A DNA stretch of 64,000 bases from an uncultured Gammaproteobacteria bacterium. GTDB lineage: Bacteria; Patescibacteriota; Microgenomatia; CAYXHB01; CAZYTL01. Both the position numbers and the translations under genes were made by a program. Below are positions 59,359-64,000 of the stretch, one piece after another. The notes under the pieces are model-generated. The model did no database searches, was not told where the DNA came from, and worked only from the letters and a program-made list of their open reading frames with translations. How positions within the stretch are numbered: the stretch's first letter is position 1; the number at the start of each line of letters is the position of its first letter. The stretch is taken from assembly GCA_964650355.1 (NCBI GenBank), contig CAZYTL010000003.1, positions 1,750-65,749 of the forward strand. Direction: 5' to 3'.

Positions 59359-60345
59359 TTATCCCAATCCTACCACACTTTCCACCCTCTTCAAAGTCTT
59401 GCTCGACACCGCCTTCGCCCTTTCCGCACCGTCAGCCAGTATCTTTTCAATCTCCCCTGAATCCATCACCTCTTTATACCTCTCCCGTATCGGCCTCAAA
59501 GCCGCCAACACCACCTCTCCCAAATCCTCCTTAAACTTCCCGTAACCCACCCCTGCATACTCCTCTTCCAGATCACCCACACTCCTACCGGACAATTCTG
59601 CATAAATCTGCAGCAAATTACTCATCGCCGGCTTATCTTCCCTCATCACAATCTCCGTTCCTGAATCCGTCACTGCCCGTTTAATCTTCTGCCTTACCAC
59701 ATCCAAATCATCTAACAAATTAATCTTCCCATTCTCATTCTCGTCGCTCTTGCTCATCTTCGAGTTCGGATCCTGCAAACTCATAATCCTCGCCCCTAAT
59801 CGGTCAATCACCGGTACCGGCAGTCTCAAAATATCTTTTCCATACCTGCCATTAAACCTCTCTGCAATATCTCTGGTCAATTCCACATGCTGCTTCTGGT
59901 CATCTCCCACCGGTACTTCGTCTATGTCATACAACAAAATATCCGCTGCCATCAATACCGGATAATCAAACAACCCCGCTGAAATAAAATCTTTTTGCTT
60001 CTTAGCCTTATCCTTGTACTGCGTCATCCTTTGCAACTGCCCCACGCTCGTAAAACAATTTAAAATCCACGCCAACTGTGCGTGATCAAAGTTATGCGAC
60101 TGCACAAACACCACTGACTTTTTAGGATCAATTCCGCATGCGAGATAAAGCGCCGTCAGCTCCCGAATCTTCCGCTTCAACACTTCAGGATCCTGGGGCA
60201 CCGTAATCGCATGCAAATCCACAATACAAAACACATTCTCTCTTTCATCCTGCCTCTCCACCCACTGCTTTATCGCCCCAATATAATTGCCAATGTGCAA
60301 GTCTCCGCTCGGCTGAATTCCCGAAAACACCCACTTCTTGTCCAT
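59359..60345 (-). CDS. trpS: Tryptophan--tRNA ligase
   Basis: SGIQPSG.LHIGN, YPVLMAADIL, VPVG.DQ.QH, KMSKS. Confidence 0.97.
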   Translation of the reverse strand: MDKKWVFSGIQPSGDLHIGNYIGAIKQWVERQDERENVFCIVDLHAITVPQDPEVLKRKIRELTALYLACGIDPKKSVVFVQSHNFDHAQLAWILNCFTSVGQLQRMTQYKDKAKKQKDFISAGLFDYPVLMAADILLYDIDEVPVGDDQKQHVELTRDIAERFNGRYGKDILRLPVPVIDRLGARIMSLQDPNSKMSKSDENENGKINLLDDLDVVRQKIKRAVTDSGTEIVMREDKPAMSNLLQIYAELSGRSVGDLEEEYAGVGYGKFKEDLGEVVLAALRPIRERYKEVMDSGEIEKILADGAERAKAVSSKTLKRVESVVGLG

Positions 60346-60432
60346 AAACTGATTCTACATCATCACCTCAGCTTCATACAACTTCCTCTTAAACGGATCC
60401 AAAGCCAACCGACACGCTGTCTCTCTCACCGG

Positions 60433-61110
60433 TTAAGAATTCACCTTTAGTCCCTCAATCCATCCGTGAATCCTCCGTAAAAAATCAGTACTCTTCCTCA
60501 CCTTAATCCTTAAGACCCCAAAATATTCCTCTGGGTGATCATAAGTCTTTTTCCACTTCACCTGCTGATAAAAGGGTTTCTGGAAGAAACGTTTGTCTAT
60601 TTTAGTAACTTTTGCCCAATATTCCTGAACATCATTAATCCTATACTCATGACTTATATTAAGCGTCACCCGTAAACTTATATCCCTCAAGTTTATTCCA
60701 CAACATTCAACTAACCATTTAATGAAAACTTTAACCATCGTCGGATCAGAATTAGCAAACCCTACCTGCTTGTCCTTTTTGAATCCCTCAGCCCAATAAA
60801 GAGCCACACCCACCAAAAACAACTCTCTTTTGGTTAACTTGCCTACTTCCTCCATCCCAGCTTTCATGAGTCTTTTTGCCCTCTCTTTTCGCTTCCTTTG
60901 CTGTTCCAGGGCATAAGACAATCTTCTACCATAATGAGGATCTTTAGCTCTTCTCTCTAACTCCCTAATCTGATCATCCGATAGCTTAATATCTTTACAC
61001 CAAGCACTAACTGAACCAGGAGAAACCTTTAATTTCTTAGCAATTACCTTTATGCTCTCGCCACCCTTGCGCATCTCTCTTGCCAATCTTCTTTCCTTTG
61101 TCTTGGCCAT
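60433..61110 (-). CDS. HTH + LAGLIDADG-like protein, divergent from the tRNA
   Basis: N-terminal HTH (SIKVIAKKLKVSPGSVSAW); GVALYWAEGFK helix, F.NSDP.MV..F..WL, YW and G...I typical of single-motif LAGLIDADG folds. Confidence 0.7.
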   Translation of the reverse strand: MAKTKERRLAREMRKGGESIKVIAKKLKVSPGSVSAWCKDIKLSDDQIRELERRAKDPHYGRRLSYALEQQRKRKERAKRLMKAGMEEVGKLTKRELFLVGVALYWAEGFKKDKQVGFANSDPTMVKVFIKWLVECCGINLRDISLRVTLNISHEYRINDVQEYWAKVTKIDKRFFQKPFYQQVKWKKTYDHPEEYFGVLRIKVRKSTDFLRRIHGWIEGLKVNS

Positions 61111-61149
61111 TAAGATATATTATACAACAAGCCGGGGTTCAAATTAGTA

Positions 61150-61178
61150 TTGACTTTCAAATAAGTTGAACGTAAAAT
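61150..61178 (+). promoter_or_regulatory. Sigma70 promoter of the tRNA gene
   Basis: TTGACT-N17-TAAAAT, 22 nt before the tRNA 5' end. Confidence 0.75.
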
Positions 61179-61200
61179 AAACCTCAGTTTAACAAACACG

Positions 61201-61474
61201 TGCGGGGTAGTGTACGGCTGCACGGAGGGCTAGTAGTATGGGCCCCTTAGGGAGTAATCTCTATTGAATAACCTGGCTATATCGGTAGACAGCCCGATGG
61301 ACATCGGGCCAATATCCGAGGGAAGTCGACCTTATTATCTGGTTTGACCCCGTAGAGACTACACGCCGGGCCCCCGATAAACATCGGGGTGATGATATAG
61401 TCCGACACTCTGAGTAATCAGAGATTACAGATCAGCATAATCCTCCAGACCGGGTTCAACCCCCGGCCCCGCAA
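61201..61474 (+). tRNA. tRNA-Met(CAU), initiator type, split by a group I intron (exons 61201-61231 and 61436-61474)
   Basis: Spliced cloverleaf: acceptor TGCGGGG/CCCCGCA, D-stem GTGT/GCAC, anticodon arm GAGGG-CT^CATAA-TCCTC, T-arm CCGGG-TTCAACC-CCCGG, discriminator A; CCA not encoded. Confidence 0.9.
61232..61435 (+). ncRNA. Group I self-splicing intron, 204 nt, no ORF
   Basis: P1 with U.G at the 5' splice site (GGGCU/GGCCC); P2 with GUAA loop; P3 cctggc/gccggg; P7 GACTA/TAGTC within R (gtagagactac) and S (gatatagtcc); P8 ccccgat/atcgggg; P9 ctctga-GUAA-tcagag; terminal G at 61435. Confidence 0.92.
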
Positions 61475-61484
61475 CATAAAAAGA

Positions 61485-61505
61485 CCGCCCATATGGCGGT
61501 TTTTT
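61485..61505 (+). terminator. Rho-independent terminator after the tRNA
   Basis: accgcc-catat-ggcggt followed by a T-run; preceded by an A-run, so possibly bidirectional. Confidence 0.7.
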
Positions 61506-61513
61506 AACTGAAC

Positions 61514-62045
61514 ATCTCCCCCAAGCTCACAAATTGGTAAATTTAGAGGTGTTCGCTAGGGGGGATCTTTTAACTCAGAAATGATCCGTACGGTTAATAT
61601 AGTCTCGAACCAGTTGTTCGTTAAGTCCACCCACTGTTCGGGCATAATAACCCCGAGCCCAGAATGTCCCGTCTGGTAGCTCTCGTCGTAGCTCAGGAAA
61701 TTCTTTCAACAGTCCTTGGGCTACCTTACTCTTTAATACCTGTAAAACTTTTGAAACTGAAAGCTTTGGTGGTATCAATATCAGCATATGAACATGATCA
61801 ATGGCTACTTTAAGCGTGTCAAATTCGCACCCCAACTCCTGAGCTACTTGGATGAAGAGTGATTCCGCAACTGATGATCTTCGACCACTTAATATCCGTC
61901 TCCTACGTTTAGGGACAAATACAACGTGGTATGAAAAATCAAAGCTCGTATGAGCCGCTGTCCGTTTCACTCCTCTATCATATCAGCTATTCGGCCCATG
62001 CGTTTTCCTCACCACCTAGCTTGACTCCCGTCCTGCGCTGGGTGG
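61514..62045 (-). mobile_element. IS200/IS605-family element (tnpA only) with subterminal hairpins
   Basis: tnpA flanked by related imperfect hairpins ccacctagc..gctgggtgg (62012-62045) and tcccccaagc..gctagggggga (61517-61565). Exact ends uncertain. Confidence 0.7.
61575..61970 (-). CDS. tnpA: IS200/IS605 Y1 (HUH) transposase
   Basis: YHVVFVPK.RR, DHVHML (HUH), LKS, FWARGYY..TVG, catalytic-helix YI. Confidence 0.92.
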   Translation of the reverse strand: MKRTAAHTSFDFSYHVVFVPKRRRRILSGRRSSVAESLFIQVAQELGCEFDTLKVAIDHVHMLILIPPKLSVSKVLQVLKSKVAQGLLKEFPELRRELPDGTFWARGYYARTVGGLNEQLVRDYINRTDHF

Positions 62046-62065
62046 ATTGATAACTTTCAAAATAT

Positions 62066-62836
62066 TTAAGATTTAGGCGGCCAGAATACACCCAAAATAA
62101 TAAAAGTCTTCTTTGGATATACGCTACCCACAATCAAATAAGAATCTTTTTTTTCGCTCCACATTTGATCAAAAAACTTCTGTTTAATCTTATCCAGAAT
62201 TTGATCCATCGCATAACCGTAATTGTCTCTTAGATTCCTATAAAGTTGAAAAACCTCCCAATCATGAATCGAAATTGTGTGCCCCTTACATCTCGGATCG
62301 TCACATACAAACTGATAGCTAAATTTAAAGGGTATTTTTTCTAAATCCTTAGGCTGTTCGCCAAAGAGCTTAAGCTGGCTCAGTTTTTGAAGTTGAACCG
62401 AAGACCATTGTGTGTTATCGGGCTTCGCAATAAAACCCATAATTTCTTTGGGTTTAAAAATCCCAATTGACTTCTTATTTCTATCATACTCATCCAAGAT
62501 TGTTTCCAGTGATCGCGAAGCCGTTGGCAAGATCAACGACTTTCTCTTATTCCACTTTCTATCATTTTTTCGGGTTTCCCAATGATCTCCTAAAATCAAA
62601 GTATTAGGATCCGGGCGGTAACTTTCTTTTCGGAAATCTCTCTCATGCTTTTTAACCCGAGTTGTTATCCACTGATACTTCTTAAACCAACTTTTGAAAG
62701 GCAATTTTCGGAACTCTAAAGGGTAAAGCCTGATCCACTCTCCCCTCCGAGTAACACCGGCCGTACATACGGTCTCATCATATTTTCTAGAAATGGAGGG
62801 ATAAGTCTTAACAACAATAAGAATTTCCTCAACCAT
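62066..62836 (-). CDS. DUF488-associated conserved protein (VKTYP..S.KY.ETVCTAG family)
   Basis: ETVCTAG, WIRLYP, F.KYQW, D.RKESY.P, CDD..C.GH, DWE, G.FWPPK. Probable ATG at 62836, just after the DUF488 stop. Confidence 0.75.
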   Translation of the reverse strand: MVEEILIVVKTYPSISRKYDETVCTAGVTRRGEWIRLYPLEFRKLPFKSWFKKYQWITTRVKKHERDFRKESYRPDPNTLILGDHWETRKNDRKWNKRKSLILPTASRSLETILDEYDRNKKSIGIFKPKEIMGFIAKPDNTQWSSVQLQKLSQLKLFGEQPKDLEKIPFKFSYQFVCDDPRCKGHTISIHDWEVFQLYRNLRDNYGYAMDQILDKIKQKFFDQMWSEKKDSYLIVGSVYPKKTFIILGVFWPPKS

Positions 62837-62841
62837 CCAGC

Positions 62842-63279
62842 TTATATCGCCAGAATCGTCGTATCCGGTACTATCTTTTGAAGTTCGTCTGCCAAGATTG
62901 TCCTGTGACATAATTCACAATCCTTTTCAAAACACATTACACAGATTGTTTCAAACTGTGTCAAATCCGCAATTTTTTGCACCTCAATGTGTTTATGCTT
63001 AATATAAGCCCGGTACTTACTAAAAAATGTAATATAGTTACCTTCTTGCTTTAATTCATCACGCATTAACTTTGGGCTCCCTAATTCACCAACATGTTGA
63101 TATTGTATACCAGCCTGCTTTAAATACTCCTGTAAAATTTTTTTGGAAAAGCCATGCTTTCTACTTAAAGGGTACTGTCGCACATCAACTAATACCGTCA
63201 CCCCATGTTGCTTCATCTTTCTAATAAACCCTTCTATCGTCTCCTTTTCGTAGCCAGTAAGATAAACAGTTTTGTTCAT
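62842..63279 (-). CDS. DUF488 family protein
   Basis: TGYE, LVDVR..P.SRK.GF.K, GI.Y.H..ELG, MCFE.....CHR. Probable ATG at 63279. Confidence 0.88.
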   Translation of the reverse strand: MNKTVYLTGYEKETIEGFIRKMKQHGVTVLVDVRQYPLSRKHGFSKKILQEYLKQAGIQYQHVGELGSPKLMRDELKQEGNYITFFSKYRAYIKHKHIEVQKIADLTQFETICVMCFEKDCELCHRTILADELQKIVPDTTILAI

Positions 63280-63457
63280 AAACCCATCTCTAGTTAACCA
63301 CATCTCCTGACTATAAATCAAACCTTCTATTGAACTTATCAGCGTATGATTTCTACTAAAATCAGGTATAAAAACAGATTCTAACCTGTCAATAAAATAC
63401 TTTCTGATTTCCCTTCAACAAATTCAGTGCCAGCCTCCACTCCCCGCAACACCACCA

Positions 63458-63477
63458 AAACTCCTCTCTAGGAGTTT
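63458..63477 (+). terminator. Terminator-like hairpin following the duplicated tRNA 3' end
   Basis: aaactcct-ctct-aggagttt then ATTTTTT. Confidence 0.6.
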
Positions 63478-63570
63478 ATTTTTTGCTATAATCACTATAG
63501 CTAGCTAAAAGGCAATCCCTAAGGGATCTCTTTAGGACAACTAACAGCTATAAGCTAACAAGCTAATCTA

Positions 63571-63647
63571 GCCAGGGTAGCTCAGTTGGTTAGAGCATCG
63601 GATTCATAAACCGAAGGTCGTGGGTTCAAATCCCACCCCTGGTACCA
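63571..63647 (+). tRNA. tRNA with CAT anticodon (elongator Met or Ile2)
   Basis: Acceptor GCCAGGG/CCCTGGT, D-stem GCTC/GAGC, anticodon loop TTCATAA, T-arm GTGGG-TTCAAAT-CCCAC, ACCA end. Confidence 0.92.
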
Positions 63648-63695
63648 AATCAACCAATCCTTTTTTGCTACGTGATACGTGTTACATGATGCTTG

Positions 63696-64000
63696 CTACC
63701 TGAACCTCTCCCACCACAACTCCCAGTTCGCCTTCTCTTCTACCGTCGGCGTCGGCTCCGGCAGCGCCACTTTAGGCAAGTCTTCCGGCAATACCACCAC
63801 TTCTTCTCCGGGTTTGGCCAAATGCAGCTTATCCCGAATCTCCTTCACCACAAACTCTGTCGCGTCCACCTCTACCAACCGCTGACTCAATTCATAATTC
63901 TCCCTCGCCAGCTTCTTTAGCTCTGCTTCAGTCTCCGTCACCCTTCCTCCAGCTTGTTTTAACCTCCAAATACTCTGCCCCAGGTTCAGCATCAAATAAA
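63696..64000 (-). CDS. Septum formation initiator (FtsB/DivIC-like), 5' end outside the window
   Basis: Coiled coil followed by E..IRDKLHLAKPGE.VVVLP. Confidence 0.8.
   Translation of the reverse strand, partial: YLMLNLGQSIWRLKQAGGRVTETEAELKKLARENYELSQRLVEVDATEFVVKEIRDKLHLAKPGEEVVVLPEDLPKVALPEPTPTVEEKANWELWWERFR

Noticed and set aside
61477-61574. TnpB or omega-RNA associated with the IS200 transposase
   Set aside because: There is no room for a tnpB ORF downstream of tnpA, and the upstream genes lack RuvC and zinc-finger motifs.
1-64000. CRISPR array, cas genes, reverse transcriptase/DGR/retron, integrase or prophage genes
   Set aside because: No regularly spaced 25-40-nt repeats, and no YxDD reverse transcriptase, recombinase or structural phage motifs were recognised in the ORFs.

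Overview
This window is a chromosomal segment of a small-genome bacterium. I infer Patescibacteria/CPR, probably Microgenomates, from the type IV pilus genes, archaeal-type ATP-dependent ligase, stand-alone 5'-3' exonuclease, CPR-type pilin, few Shine-Dalgarno sites and extreme C>>G skew on the + strand. It holds about 60 real CDS, mostly on the - strand. They include pilC, pilB, a two-component cluster, pth, glycosyltransferases, a P-type ATPase, mscS, lig, S8 and M11-like proteases, Fic, recF, mutM, ftsH, trpS, an ftsB-like gene and many orphans. Main highlights: (1) An initiator-type tRNA-Met gene is split by a compact 204-nt ORF-less group I intron. It sits head-to-head with a free-standing HTH + LAGLIDADG-like gene that has a tRNA T-arm-like motif upstream. 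(2) Downstream of that tRNA lies a ~2 kb islet (IS200 tnpA, DUF488 and a partner gene) bounded by a duplicated tRNA 3' end. (3) An 86-nt double-hairpin element with compensatory changes is inserted in frame three times inside proteins. (4) Heptamer tandem repeats occur inside housekeeping ORFs. (5) A Shine-Dalgarno-led secreted-protein gene has 5' and 3' flanks that pair in pseudoknot order. (6) A NusA-N-like domain is fused to a membrane/VIT protein. (7) A GreA homolog lacks its catalytic acidic residues. (8) There is a candidate sRNA. All family assignments come from recognising motifs by eye; no database search was run.
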